Assembly (NCBI GenBank): GCA_038845265.1
Contig: JAWBQR010000001.1
Coordinates: forward strand, 64,001-128,000
Direction: 5' to 3'
DNA: 64,000 bases
DNA from: Nitrososphaerota archaeon
GTDB taxonomy: Archaea > Thermoproteota > Nitrososphaeria_A > Caldarchaeales > Calditenuaceae
The translations under genes and the position numbers were made by a program. Of the stretch, positions 1-10,510 are shown one piece after another. The notes under the pieces are model-generated. The model saw only the letters and a program-made list of their open reading frames with translations, had not been told where the DNA came from and did no database searches. Each line of letters starts with the position of its first letter. Position 1 is the stretch's first letter.

Positions 1-1004
1 ACGGAGTATACTATGATTATACATATGGAATGTTATTTGAGATGGATCCATCAGACGACCCTAACCTACTAAGACTTGGGTTAGCATTCATAGAGCTAGT
101 TATGCGGAGAATATTATCCATTCCTTTTGACACAATCGAGTACGATGTCACGGTTGTAGGTGATAGGAAATTTGTTGGAATCCATGAGACTGAGTCTGCT
201 GGACTTTTAGAAATTTTAGAATGGCTAGACTTTAAGAAAAAGCTCGAGGAATATCAACCAGACGAATTAGACGAGTTTTTACTGGAAGAGATCAATGAAA
301 CGGCTTTCTCTTCATGGATTTCTAGAGGAATGGACTGGAACGTGGCTAAACATTACTCCATAAAAATAATTGATCAAATTTTGTTGAGGAAGACATTGAA
401 GCTATCATTAGGTCAAAGAGAGATTGTCATTCCACTACCAAGCAAATCTCATAAAAGAGTTGTATTAACCGCAAATAAATATGTGATTGACCCTCATGGA
501 GTCGTTACGTTGTACTGTATCGGGATCTATGATGGAGAAAGATTTTATGTTCCGGTTGGATTCAAGACTCCAGAAGGAATAGATGAAGCTTATCTAGAGG
601 TCTCAGCAATTCTTTCTAAGAGAATTGATGAAAACTTTACCATTTATACATATGACTTATCCTTGCTAAAAACCATGTTTTCGAGCCTAGGCTTAAAATC
701 ACTTGAGGTAAAACTTCTAGGAATAGAACTTATAAAAAGACTTGTAGACGTGAAGAAAAAATTTTTAGAAAAATTAGGTAAAAATTTACCTCTTAATGAG
801 GCTGAGAATTTGGTCGGGTTAAAAAGAGATTCAAGACCTATTGATATCGCCGCAGAAGCTGCAAGAATTTCTCTTGATATTTCTAATCCTAATTGGAGGA
901 AAATTGTTTTGGACAGACTGGCACCAATAATAGAAAAAGTGACAGTTGACGAGCTGAAAAATACTTATCTATTGAGTTTTATTTTGGAGAGTGAATTCAC
1001 ATAA
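1..1004 (+). CDS. 5'-truncated; probable C-terminal part of a DEAD/DEAH-box helicase (DUF1998-like region followed by an RNase H-like region)
   Basis: Frame is open from position 3 (GVYYDYTYGM...), so the gene starts before the window. 'FVGIHETESAGLLE' resembles helicase C-terminal DUF1998-type segments; no helicase core is visible. Confidence 0.4.
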   Translation, partial: GVYYDYTYGMLFEMDPSDDPNLLRLGLAFIELVMRRILSIPFDTIEYDVTVVGDRKFVGIHETESAGLLEILEWLDFKKKLEEYQPDELDEFLLEEINETAFSSWISRGMDWNVAKHYSIKIIDQILLRKTLKLSLGQREIVIPLPSKSHKRVVLTANKYVIDPHGVVTLYCIGIYDGERFYVPVGFKTPEGIDEAYLEVSAILSKRIDENFTIYTYDLSLLKTMFSSLGLKSLEVKLLGIELIKRLVDVKKKFLEKLGKNLPLNEAENLVGLKRDSRPIDIAAEAARISLDISNPNWRKIVLDRLAPIIEKVTVDELKNTYLLSFILESEFT

Positions 1005-1019
1005 GTCCTTTATATGTTT

Positions 1020-2516
1020 TTAGCCCTTTACGACGCCTATCGGCACTAGACGTGCCACTTTCTTGCTAAGTCCAACTTGATGAGCAACTTCGACTACTTC
1101 GTCGGGATCTTTGTAGGCTTCCGGCACTTCTTCCACAATTGTGTCCATTGTGTCACCCTTCACGTATATGCCCTTACTTTCTAGTGATCGAATGACAGTA
1201 TCGCTTCTATATTGTCGTTTTGCACTTGCCCTGCTCATTTGACGACCCGCGCCATGTGCAGTGCTCCCGAAGCTAAGCTCTAATGAGCTAGGCGAGCCCA
1301 CGAGAACCCAACTAGCGGTGCCCATGCTTCCCGGTAAGAATACTGGCTGACCATAGTTTCGATAAGTCGCCGGTATCATGTCGCTGTAATATTCGTATTT
1401 ACCTGGAAAACTTCTGGTAGCCCCTTTTCTGTGGACAAATACGGCTCTTAGCTCTCCGTCTACCTTGTGTTTCTCAAGTTTAACAATATTGTGAGCAACA
1501 TCGTAAACTATATTCATCGATATATTTTCTGCCCGCTGCTTAAAGACATGTTCAAAACTCTGTCTGACCCAGTGACTAATCGCTTGCCTATTTGCAAAGG
1601 CAAAGTTGACTGCACAACCAAACGCCTTGAGGTACTGTTCCGCTTCTTGACTGCTTGCAGGCGCGCATGCCAATTCCCGGTCTGGGAGCCTCAAATTGTA
1701 TTTATGCACTGCACGTTCCATAACTCTAAGAAAATCACTGCAGATTTGATGTCCATACCCTCTGCTCCCAGTATGTATAAGAACAGTAACTTGTCCTTCT
1801 TCATATATTCCCATCACCTTCGCTATATCTGGATCAAATATCTTCTCTACTCTCTGTATCTCCAAGAAATGATTTCCGCTACCTAATGTTCCTATTTGGG
1901 CTTCACCCCTGCTCTTCGCTTCTCGAGAAACAACTGATGGGTCAGGGTCAGGAATATCTCCTATCTTATCGCGAGGATATCTTCCCTCCTCCTCAATATG
2001 TTTATAATCATCGCTCCATCCAAGTCCATACTTCTCTATCACGTATCTGGCACCCTCCATCGCGATTCTATCAAGGTCGCTATGAGTGACTCTAAAATCG
2101 CTACGGCGTGAACCTAATCCGGCTGGAACGTTTAAAAATATTGTATTTATAAGCTCTCTTATTTTTGGTAATACGTCCTTTACATGGAGATCTGTCACTA
2201 TTAGTCTAACGCCGCAGTTTATGTCATATCCGACGCCTCCTGGAGAGACTACTCCTTCGGTTGCATCCATTGCTGCAACTCCGCCTATTGGAAATCCATA
2301 ACCTTCATGTGCGTCTGGAAGGACAGCTACATGTTTCACGACGCCCGGAAGCGTAGATACATTTACAGCCTGCACAAGTGTTCTATCCACCAACATCTTT
2401 TGTAACAATTGTTCAGATGCATAGACATAAACAGGAGTCTTCATATCACTACGGTATTCCTTCGGAATCAACCATACATTGTTTGAGATTTTCTGAAGAG
2501 GTATCTTGGTAGCCAT
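1020..2516 (-). CDS. rtcB: RNA-splicing ligase RtcB
   Basis: Motifs PDAHEGYGFPIG, GYDINCGVR, GTLGSGNHFLE, HTGSRG, HRKGAT, HGAGR. ATG at 2516; alternative GTG at 2534. Confidence 0.97.
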   Translation of the reverse strand: MATKIPLQKISNNVWLIPKEYRSDMKTPVYVYASEQLLQKMLVDRTLVQAVNVSTLPGVVKHVAVLPDAHEGYGFPIGGVAAMDATEGVVSPGGVGYDINCGVRLIVTDLHVKDVLPKIRELINTIFLNVPAGLGSRRSDFRVTHSDLDRIAMEGARYVIEKYGLGWSDDYKHIEEEGRYPRDKIGDIPDPDPSVVSREAKSRGEAQIGTLGSGNHFLEIQRVEKIFDPDIAKVMGIYEEGQVTVLIHTGSRGYGHQICSDFLRVMERAVHKYNLRLPDRELACAPASSQEAEQYLKAFGCAVNFAFANRQAISHWVRQSFEHVFKQRAENISMNIVYDVAHNIVKLEKHKVDGELRAVFVHRKGATRSFPGKYEYYSDMIPATYRNYGQPVFLPGSMGTASWVLVGSPSSLELSFGSTAHGAGRQMSRASAKRQYRSDTVIRSLESKGIYVKGDTMDTIVEEVPEAYKDPDEVVEVAHQVGLSKKVARLVPIGVVKG

Positions 2517-2649
2517 TCTAACTGTTATTACCACTTGGCATTATTTAAAAATACTTTAATTTATCCATAATAGGACTCATCTCACTTTTGCGTGTCTGAC
2601 ATTCGTATTAATATAGCTTGAAAGTCAAATTAATGACTGAACGAGAGGA

Positions 2650-3087
2650 CTAGACACTCGCTACCGATATGATCCCTAATGAAGGAAATTTTTTTATGAA
2701 TTCAATTACTAAAGCCTTATAGGTATAGGCCTGTCCATCCGGAGTCTTATTAACTGACGATAACCCCATAAGTATTCTGAAAACTTCTTCTGCCCCATGG
2801 CCCTTTATTAAATATACATCCTTTCCAAGATCTTTTCTGGGGACAAACACTATCGGGAAAACCTCACATTCTAGGCAACATCCCCTCAATAATTCTGCCG
2901 CCTTGATGAGTTCATTTTTATTGAAAAAATGTTTTTCTCCGTTTACTTGATTGACTGATGGTTCATCCATTAATAATAATTGACGAATGGATAGCCTTTT
3001 AGCAGGCATACTAGCTCCAAGTTTTTTAATATACTCAACTAACAAAGCATCAGTTACTGCTTCTTTATCAATTAACCCCTCACTCAT
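2650..3087 (-). CDS. DUF61 family protein
   Basis: 145 aa; MPAKRLSIRQLL-x-DEP...GEKHFFNKNEL pattern typical of archaeal DUF61. Confidence 0.65.
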   Translation of the reverse strand: MSEGLIDKEAVTDALLVEYIKKLGASMPAKRLSIRQLLLMDEPSVNQVNGEKHFFNKNELIKAAELLRGCCLECEVFPIVFVPRKDLGKDVYLIKGHGAEEVFRILMGLSSVNKTPDGQAYTYKALVIEFIKKFPSLGIISVASV

Positions 3088-3165
3088 TTTGACATCTATC
3101 CAATTTTAATATTCATCAGGGATGCATATATAAGCTAGGTTTTGTCCACTAAATTTAGAGATAAC

Positions 3166-3564
3166 TTGGTGAGAACAATTCAACTCTTCGTCGGAGCTAG
3201 GAAAGAGGCTAAGGCGAGACTTAGGGTGACGCCTGGGCAGGGGAGGGTATACATAAATGGAATACCGGTTGAGATATATGGAAATGAAATAGTACGTGAA
3301 AAGATCCTTACACCACTTAGGTTGGATGATAAATTTGTGAAGACCCATGACTTTAGGATAAAAGTAGAAGGAGGTGGCATAATCGGTCAAGCTGACGCAT
3401 GTGCGATGGCTATTGCAAGGGCGTTAGCTGCGCATTCAGAGAGCTTAAAAGCGAAGATTCTTCAGTTTAATCGATATCTTATTGCTGGTGATCCTAGGAG
3501 GACGGAGCCTAAAAAACCAAATAGAAGGTCGGCGAGACGTTTCAAACAGAAGAGCTACAGGTAA
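3166..3564 (+). CDS. rps9: 30S ribosomal protein uS9
   Basis: GARKEAKAR, VEGGGIIGQADA, GDPRRTEPKK, QKSYR C-terminus. Start TTG 3166 or GTG 3169, downstream of a TATATAA box near 3127. Confidence 0.97.
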   Translation: MVRTIQLFVGARKEAKARLRVTPGQGRVYINGIPVEIYGNEIVREKILTPLRLDDKFVKTHDFRIKVEGGGIIGQADACAMAIARALAAHSESLKAKILQFNRYLIAGDPRRTEPKKPNRRSARRFKQKSYR

Positions 3565-3640
3565 AGATTATAGGGATGAATTGCTGAATATTGATTAAAG
3601 AAAGGGTATTTAAATTTCTTAATTACTATCTTCGACAGGT

Positions 3641-3853
3641 ATGATGTTTCCGATTAGATGCTTTTCATGCGGCGCACCGATAGCTGATAAGTGGGAAAAA
3701 TTTGTGGAAGCCATTGAGTCTGGAGAGGAGGCGGGAAAGGCTTTAGATAGCCTCGGAATAACTAGATACTGCTGTAGAAGAATGTTCCTCTCACATGTTG
3801 AATACTTTGATGAAATAGTCCAGTTTGAATCATGGTTCGGTAAGAGTCGATAA
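3641..3853 (+). CDS. rpo10: RNA polymerase subunit N (Rpo10)
   Basis: PIRCFSCG and RYCCRRM zinc-binding motifs. Confidence 0.97.
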   Translation: MMFPIRCFSCGAPIADKWEKFVEAIESGEEAGKALDSLGITRYCCRRMFLSHVEYFDEIVQFESWFGKSR

Positions 3854-3856
3854 GAT

Positions 3857-5107
3857 ATGAGCATGACGATAAAAAACATTACAGGAAGAATTATTTATGA
3901 CAGCAGAGGCGACAAGACAATAGAAGTTGAGGTTAATGTTGACGGATTTATTGGTCAGGCTGCAGCACCTTCAGGTAAAAGTAGAGGCGCAAAAGAAGCA
4001 GAACCATTCCCGCCCGGCGGCCCGGAGGAAGCACTTTCCATACTGAGAAGCAATATAGCACCAAAATTATTAGGATTAGGAATTAAGGATCATAGGACAG
4101 TTGATGAAGTGCTTATTAATCTTGATGGTAATTGGAATTTTTCTAAGATTGGCGGAAATGTTGCATTGGCGATATCAATTGCTACGGCGATAGCGATTTC
4201 TAAGTTGAAGGGAGTGTCTCTTTATGCTTACCTCGCCTCATTAACCAATACTGAGCCAGCATTACCACTACCATTAGGAAACGTAATAGGCGGTGGTAAG
4301 CATGCTGGTCCTGGGGCGCCAGAGATTCAGGAAATTCTAGTAATTCCGAGAAACCCAAACACAATCAATGATGCTGTATTTGCAAATATTAAGGTACATA
4401 AGACAGTCGGCAAATTATTAGAACAGAAAATCACTAACTATCCGCTAGGCAAGGGGGACGAGGGTGCATATGCACCACCTATAAGCGTTGAGAGAGCCCT
4501 AGAAGTAGTATATGATGCTGCTAAGAAAGTCGAAGATGAGTTGGGGGTCAAAATATCAATTGGAATGGATGTAGCTGGAACTAATATTTATAATCCCAGT
4601 AAAAAAATGTATGTGCTTACTAGTGTCGGCTTGTATCTCGACAAAGAAGATTTTCTTCAATACTTGGCCGAGTTGTCTGATAAATACGAAATAATATATA
4701 TCGAGGACCCATTTAATGAAGAGGATCTGGAATCTTTTCAAAACCTCTCAAAAGCCCTGCCTAAAACATACATCTGTGGCGATGATTTAGTAGTTACGAG
4801 AGCGGAACTAATTAGTAAAGCTGCTTCACTCAAGGCCATTAGGGCAGCGATAATTAAGCCAAACCAAGTGGGTACACTATCACTTACTTGGGATGCTGTT
4901 AAGACTGGTAAAGATTTTAATCTACTTTTAGTTGCATCACATAGGTCCGGCGAGACAACTGATCATTATTTACCCCATATTGCCGTAGGCTTTGGATGCA
5001 AGGTTATTAAGGCAGGAATAATGGGTGGAGAGAGAGTAGCGAAGGCTAATGAATTAATAAGGATGGGAGAACACTTGAAGACGGTACAGAGGCTGATGAG
5101 CAGTTGA
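3857..5107 (+). CDS. eno: enolase
   Basis: DSRG, GDEG, IEDPF, GDDL, KPNQVGT and SHRSGET motifs; usual archaeal rps9-rpoN-eno-rps2 context. Confidence 0.95.
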   Translation: MSMTIKNITGRIIYDSRGDKTIEVEVNVDGFIGQAAAPSGKSRGAKEAEPFPPGGPEEALSILRSNIAPKLLGLGIKDHRTVDEVLINLDGNWNFSKIGGNVALAISIATAIAISKLKGVSLYAYLASLTNTEPALPLPLGNVIGGGKHAGPGAPEIQEILVIPRNPNTINDAVFANIKVHKTVGKLLEQKITNYPLGKGDEGAYAPPISVERALEVVYDAAKKVEDELGVKISIGMDVAGTNIYNPSKKMYVLTSVGLYLDKEDFLQYLAELSDKYEIIYIEDPFNEEDLESFQNLSKALPKTYICGDDLVVTRAELISKAASLKAIRAAIIKPNQVGTLSLTWDAVKTGKDFNLLLVASHRSGETTDHYLPHIAVGFGCKVIKAGIMGGERVAKANELIRMGEHLKTVQRLMSS

Positions 5108-5736
5108 GTGATAGTACATACATAAGTCCTGAAGTCGAGTTGCAAGAATTATTAGTAAAAAGCGGCGTCCATTTAGGAGCAAAAATAAAAGTAAAACACA
5201 TGGAGAGATTCATCTATAGATTAAGAGCGGATGGTGTATATCTATTCGACGTAAAGAAAATACTTGAAAGGCTTAACATCGCTGCTAAAATGATAGCAAT
5301 GAATGATTTAAATAAGGTTGTAGTTGTGTCAACACATGTATATGGAATTAAGGCAGTGCAAAAATTTTGTGAAATAACTGGTGCAATTCCTATTGCAGGG
5401 AAAATTCCAGCTGGAATTTTTACTAACAGAACATTGAAGTACTATCTTGAGCCAGCGCTTGTAGTCGTTTCTGATCCGCGATATGATATGCAAGCAGTCA
5501 TTGAAGCAAGCATAGCTAGAAAGCCAGTAATAGCAATGTGCAGCACTGACAATACATGTAGCAATATAGATCTGATAATACCTATGAATAATAGAGGAAG
5601 AACATCCTTACCTTTTGCCTTCTGGTATCTTGCAAGGAGAGTACTTATTGAGAAAGGATTAGCGACGCCTGAACTACTTGAAAAAATAACTATTGAACAA
5701 TTTACAACGCAAGCGGTAAGCGAGGAAGAGGAATAA
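5104..5736 (+). CDS. rps2: 30S ribosomal protein uS2
   Basis: GVHLG, GIFTN, DPRYDMQAVIEA, IPMNNRG motifs. Confidence 0.95.
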   Translation: MSDSTYISPEVELQELLVKSGVHLGAKIKVKHMERFIYRLRADGVYLFDVKKILERLNIAAKMIAMNDLNKVVVVSTHVYGIKAVQKFCEITGAIPIAGKIPAGIFTNRTLKYYLEPALVVVSDPRYDMQAVIEASIARKPVIAMCSTDNTCSNIDLIIPMNNRGRTSLPFAFWYLARRVLIEKGLATPELLEKITIEQFTTQAVSEEEE

Positions 5737-5784
5737 ACACTAAAACTATTATAACATTTATTAATAAAGTCATGCAAATAACAG

Positions 5785-6528
5785 ATGTCAGAAATGCTTG
5801 ATATAAGGAGTTTATCAGTTAAGGTAAACGGAAAACTTATTCTGAAAAACATTAATTTAAAGATCAAAGAGGGAGAGATACACGCGCTACTAGGTCCAAA
5901 TGCTTCAGGAAAATCATCCCTAGCTTATGCTATAATGGGATTAACTGACTATGAAATAACACATGGCGAAATACTGTTTAAAGGAACAAATATTACCCAT
6001 TTACCAATAGAAGAAAGAGTAAAGCTAGGAATTGCGTTGGCCTTTCAGAACCCACCGGCCATAAAAAATGTTAAGCTCTCACTACTTCTTAAAAGAATTT
6101 CGAAGGAAAAACCAGCGACACTACCATCTTTTCTGAAGGAACTATCAGTGACTTCTAGTTTTCTTGAGAGAGAGATAAATGTTGGTTTTTCTGGTGGGGA
6201 GAAAAAAATTTCAGAATTGTTGCAGATTTTGTGCTTAAAACCTCAATTTGTTATCCTTGACGAAATAGACTCTGGACTCGACATCATTAATCTCAATAAA
6301 TTAATGAAGATAATCCAAGAGAGGTTAATCGATAATGGTGTCTCGATACTTGCAATTACACATAGGGGAGATATCCTTCAATTCTTAAATCCAGACTTAA
6401 CGCATGTCATGCTAAATGGCGAAATAGTATGCTCAGCTAGAGATTGGAGAAAACCATGGGAAACAATTGTGAGGTGTGGCTATGAAAAATGTGAAGAATG
6501 CAAAGAGCGCGAATTACTTACAGATTGA
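5785..6528 (+). CDS. sufC: SufC-like ABC ATPase (SmsC type) for Fe-S assembly
   Basis: Walker A GPNASGKS, NVGFSGGEKK, LDEIDSGLD; Cys-rich C-terminus CGYEKCEEC. Confidence 0.88.
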   Translation: MSEMLDIRSLSVKVNGKLILKNINLKIKEGEIHALLGPNASGKSSLAYAIMGLTDYEITHGEILFKGTNITHLPIEERVKLGIALAFQNPPAIKNVKLSLLLKRISKEKPATLPSFLKELSVTSSFLEREINVGFSGGEKKISELLQILCLKPQFVILDEIDSGLDIINLNKLMKIIQERLIDNGVSILAITHRGDILQFLNPDLTHVMLNGEIVCSARDWRKPWETIVRCGYEKCEECKERELLTD

Positions 6529-7408
6529 TCACATAATTAAGAAATTACTATCTGAAGAAGGGGTGATTCTTAGACCGAGTCCGGAGGCCTATGAAGAATT
6601 TGAAGATATTCGAAGATATCTGGATCAAAAACCAGAAGAGGGTTATATGATTTGGATAAAGAAGCAGATAAAGCATCCTATAAATACATGTATAGCAATT
6701 TCTTCACCAAAAATCCATCAACGACTCAATAACATAGTTATCGTTGAAAGTGGCATTGAGGCTGAAATGTATAGTATCTGCAATGCCGTAAAACCTGTTT
6801 TATGTGGTGTTCATGAAGGTTATACTAAGATAATACTTAAAGAAAATGCGTCACTTAAACTGAGGCATTTTCATAAGTGGGGTATTGGAGATGAAGTAAT
6901 AACTACATCCGAGTTTATCCTAGAAAATGGAGCAACATTGCACAGTTCATATAAGTGCATCAGTCCATTGAAAAAATTGGAAGTAGGAAGCTTAGCTGTG
7001 CTAAATTCTAGGGCATCAGCAAATTTTGAGGTCTCAATAATGGCTAAAAATGAAGAAGCAAACATAGATGAAACTATGATTCTTGAGGGTGACAACTCAA
7101 ATGGAATAATAAAATTAAGAATGATATCTGACAGCAATGCAAGAATAATGTCTCGAAGCAAGATAATAGCTAATGGTGCCGGTAGAGGACATATTGATTG
7201 TATGGGACTATTATTATCTAATGATTCGATTATCAGCTCAGTTCCAGAAATATTTACAAAGAATAAGGGAGCAACTCTAACTCATGAAGCGTCAATAGGA
7301 AAAATCTCGGAAACGGAAATAAATTATCTGCGTAGCAGAGGGTTAACAGAAGAAGAGGCAATTAATCTAATAGTTACTGGATTTTTAGGAGAAGCATTAA
7401 TTCATTAA
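6482..7408 (+). CDS. sufB: SufB/D-like Fe-S scaffold (SmsB type)
   Basis: GHIDCMGLL, LTHEASIGKI, YLRSRGLTEEEA motifs; overlaps sufC. Confidence 0.88.
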   Translation: MKNVKNAKSANYLQIDHIIKKLLSEEGVILRPSPEAYEEFEDIRRYLDQKPEEGYMIWIKKQIKHPINTCIAISSPKIHQRLNNIVIVESGIEAEMYSICNAVKPVLCGVHEGYTKIILKENASLKLRHFHKWGIGDEVITTSEFILENGATLHSSYKCISPLKKLEVGSLAVLNSRASANFEVSIMAKNEEANIDETMILEGDNSNGIIKLRMISDSNARIMSRSKIIANGAGRGHIDCMGLLLSNDSIISSVPEIFTKNKGATLTHEASIGKISETEINYLRSRGLTEEEAINLIVTGFLGEALIH

Positions 7409-7425
7409 ATCAATTATGGAGTTCC

Positions 7426-8838
7426 TTACACATCGAAGTATAGATAAAATTCATACGGATGAGGCATACTGTAAACTTGGAGATGCATGTTTTTCTCAAT
7501 GTCGATTATCGTCTCTATTAACTCAGACGTAAATACCGGTTTTAAAAACTCATTGTCTGACTCTAATTCTTCAACTGCCTCCATTAAACTGATTGGGAGC
7601 TGCTTAATTCCGTATTCACGTCTAACTTCAGGTGTAAGGTGATAGATGTCTGCGTCAACTGGGTCGCCTGGATCTATTTTCTTTTTGATACCATCCATTC
7701 CCGCCATGAGTATAGCAGCAAAGGCCAAGTATGGATTGCATGAAGAATCAGGAGCTCTAAATTCTACTCTCTTGGAGCTTGGCTTGCCGATGTGATAAAC
7801 AGGTATTCTTATGATTGCTGATCTATTAGACCTACTCCATGCGATGTATACTGGGGCCTCAAATCCTGGTATAAGTCTTTTGTAAGAATTTGTCGTTGGA
7901 CAAACTATCGCTGTTAGTGCACGACTGTGTTCAATCAACCCTCCTACATAGTATCTCCCGATCTGACTTAGCTCGGCATACTTGTCCTCTGGGTCATAAA
8001 ATAAGTTTTCTCCTCCTGACCAAAGACTAGAGTGAACATGCATTCCAGATGCATTATCTAAGTAAACAGGCTTAGGCATAAACGTGGCTATTAATCCATG
8101 TTTTTTTGCTACATTTTTAACGACATATTTGCATGTCTGAGTATTATCAGCCATCTTTGTGAGAGTGCTATACGTCATGTCGATCTCACACTGTCCTGCA
8201 GTGGCTACTTCATGGTGATGGGAATCCACCCTTATCCCATAATAATCCTTGAGGATAAGGGCGCATTCATTCCTGAAATCCATCAATGTATCCTGCGGCC
8301 TTGTTGGATAATATCCCTCCTTAAATCTGATTGGATAAGAATCTGAGCTCCAAGCTGCCTCAACAGAACTTATTTCATACGACATTCCCCTGTAAGGCAT
8401 CGACACATCCCAATTAGCCTTATTGAAAACAAAGAACTCAATTTCTGGTCCCCAATACGACTTATCAAAGCCCTGCTCCTCAATGTATTTCTCGGCTTTT
8501 TGTGCGATCCATCTAGGATCTTTTGTGAATCTACCTTTTCCATATGAGAAGTATAGGTCGCATAGAATCCTGATTGTTTTAAACCCGCTGAATGGATCAA
8601 GAGCGATAGTTGAGCAATCAGGCATTAAGACCATATCTGACTCTTGGATGCCGACGAATCCCCTAATGGACGAGCCATCGAGCTTGGGAAAACCACTCTC
8701 AAAGTATTCTCCGTCCATTTCATCTAGCATAACAGTTACGTGCTGAAGCTTACCTAGAATATCTGTGAACTGGAGATCGATAAATTTTGCACCAAATGAC
8801 TCTACTATTTCTTTAATTTTATATGGATCGTCTTTCAT
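7426..8838 (-). CDS. glnA: glutamine synthetase type I
   Basis: DGSSIRGF, GPEIEFF, HHHEVATAGQCEI, FMPKP, SYKRLIPGFEAP, EFRAPD motifs. Confidence 0.97.
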   Translation of the reverse strand: MKDDPYKIKEIVESFGAKFIDLQFTDILGKLQHVTVMLDEMDGEYFESGFPKLDGSSIRGFVGIQESDMVLMPDCSTIALDPFSGFKTIRILCDLYFSYGKGRFTKDPRWIAQKAEKYIEEQGFDKSYWGPEIEFFVFNKANWDVSMPYRGMSYEISSVEAAWSSDSYPIRFKEGYYPTRPQDTLMDFRNECALILKDYYGIRVDSHHHEVATAGQCEIDMTYSTLTKMADNTQTCKYVVKNVAKKHGLIATFMPKPVYLDNASGMHVHSSLWSGGENLFYDPEDKYAELSQIGRYYVGGLIEHSRALTAIVCPTTNSYKRLIPGFEAPVYIAWSRSNRSAIIRIPVYHIGKPSSKRVEFRAPDSSCNPYLAFAAILMAGMDGIKKKIDPGDPVDADIYHLTPEVRREYGIKQLPISLMEAVEELESDNEFLKPVFTSELIETIIDIEKNMHLQVYSMPHPYEFYLYFDV

Positions 8839-9034
8839 CTAATCACTACTAGCGAATGAGCCGGAGGAAGGACTATATAACTTTACCATGTATTGTTCGA
8901 AAAATAAAACAAAAATATGAGTTATATCAATACAATATTTACTACTATTTTAAAATTTTTTAAACCCTTTACAGCATATATTTGTTGTTAAGAGAAATAC
9001 TAGAGTATAAATTTTTAAACTAGCCTGAATCATC

Positions 9035-9703
9035 GTGAAGATTTATACAAAAACGCCACAAATAGCTATATGTATTCTATTAATGTTATTCTTTCTGCTC
9101 TTCAGCATCTGGGGCCACGGATCAGGATTAACTGGGAGTAATCTCTTAATGAACAATTTAGTGAGAATAGAATTTGAAGTATTTTTAATTAATAATAACG
9201 ATAAAATTGAACCGGTAAAAGATGCTTTAGTAGTTGTAGGTTCAAAACACAATATAACTGGTGAGTCAGGCAGGACGTCAATAATGATTAGTCCCGGCTC
9301 ATATAGTAGTTATGTAAAGCTCGCTGATATAAAATTAGCACCATATACAGATAAATTAATTATTACTAAAAATAGCAAAATTGTCGTCACTTTCTTAATA
9401 ACTAAGCTATATCCAAATAAATTCTCGGTTGAATCAAATGAAAACTTCACCATAGTGAGATTAACCATGAATATAAAAGAGAGATATCGAGCATATATCT
9501 CCGATCCAGTATTAACACTCATTAGAAATAATGGCACAGTAATTATGGTGACAGCCGGCCCTAACGGGCTTGGATATTTTACAGATAGAATAACTCCTAA
9601 TAGACCTTACGAGATTGTAGTTAAACTTAATGGAGCCATTTCATATATTGATCCTCAGTCGAGCTACATTCCGCTAGAAATAATAAGTGTCACAAAATCT
9701 TGA
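9035..9703 (+). CDS. exported or membrane-anchored beta-rich hypothetical protein
   Basis: N-terminal hydrophobic segment; 'PVKDALVVVG...TGESG...PGSY' resembles a carboxypeptidase-regulatory-like beta-sandwich. Confidence 0.55.
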   Translation: MKIYTKTPQIAICILLMLFFLLFSIWGHGSGLTGSNLLMNNLVRIEFEVFLINNNDKIEPVKDALVVVGSKHNITGESGRTSIMISPGSYSSYVKLADIKLAPYTDKLIITKNSKIVVTFLITKLYPNKFSVESNENFTIVRLTMNIKERYRAYISDPVLTLIRNNGTVIMVTAGPNGLGYFTDRITPNRPYEIVVKLNGAISYIDPQSSYIPLEIISVTKS

Positions 9704-9709
9704 CGATCA

Positions 9710-10414
9710 TTATTTATCATAATGCTCAATAGCTGCTTTACACATAGAGAACAAAAGTCCATACCGATCCTTCGATTTTATAAATGCAGAAGTAAGCAAG
9801 ACCCCATCTACACCTAAATCAAAAGCTTTTGAAACATCAGTTTCATCAGATATTCCGGCACCACATAGTACAGGAAGATTTATAGACAATTCCTTTACCA
9901 TTTCAATAGTCTTTGTAATGATTTCGGGTTTCGCCTTTGATACGCTGATACCTGTTCCTATTAACTCTGGTGATTCGATTGCTAAAAAATCTGGCCTAAG
10001 AACTGCTCCAGCGACTGAGGAGGAAGGTGTGTCGGTGCAAAGAATAGAGACCATTTCCATTGCTCTAAGATCTCCTATAATCTTTGCAGCATCCGTTAGC
10101 AATAGTTTCTTTTCTGAGTGATTTAGTAAACTACCAACGCCACCTGCCTCTTTAACGGCGTATGCAGTAATATGCCCCGTATAATTCCCCGGATCTTCAG
10201 CATCGACATGCTGAGCCAAAACTGGAATCTTTGTCTTTCTTGATATTCTATATATGTCTGTTGGCTGAGCCGCAACTGCAATCGTTACACCAGTATCTCT
10301 GCTCACTTGCTCGGCTATTAATGCCAAGTTTTCAGCTTGCTGACCAGTCGTTTCCTTGTGACTCTTAAAATTTAGTATGATTAACGGTGTCTTGAGTTTC
10401 ATAACCGCTATCAC
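9710..10414 (-). CDS. tpiA: triosephosphate isomerase (archaeal type)
   Basis: LNFK, AQHVD, NHSE, ESPELIGTG, CGAGIS motifs. Confidence 0.95.
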   Translation of the reverse strand: MIAVMKLKTPLIILNFKSHKETTGQQAENLALIAEQVSRDTGVTIAVAAQPTDIYRISRKTKIPVLAQHVDAEDPGNYTGHITAYAVKEAGGVGSLLNHSEKKLLLTDAAKIIGDLRAMEMVSILCTDTPSSSVAGAVLRPDFLAIESPELIGTGISVSKAKPEIITKTIEMVKELSINLPVLCGAGISDETDVSKAFDLGVDGVLLTSAFIKSKDRYGLLFSMCKAAIEHYDK

Positions 10415-10510
10415 GATTCATAAATAATAATTCTCTTTAAAATAACTTCTTCGTCTCACATTATACAGTAGAGTAGAAACATTTTAATATGGTAGAAAAT
10501 AGTTATCAGA

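Noticed and set aside
1020-2516. Intein in rtcB
   Set aside because: Normal length; only a few extra residues and no intein terminal motifs.
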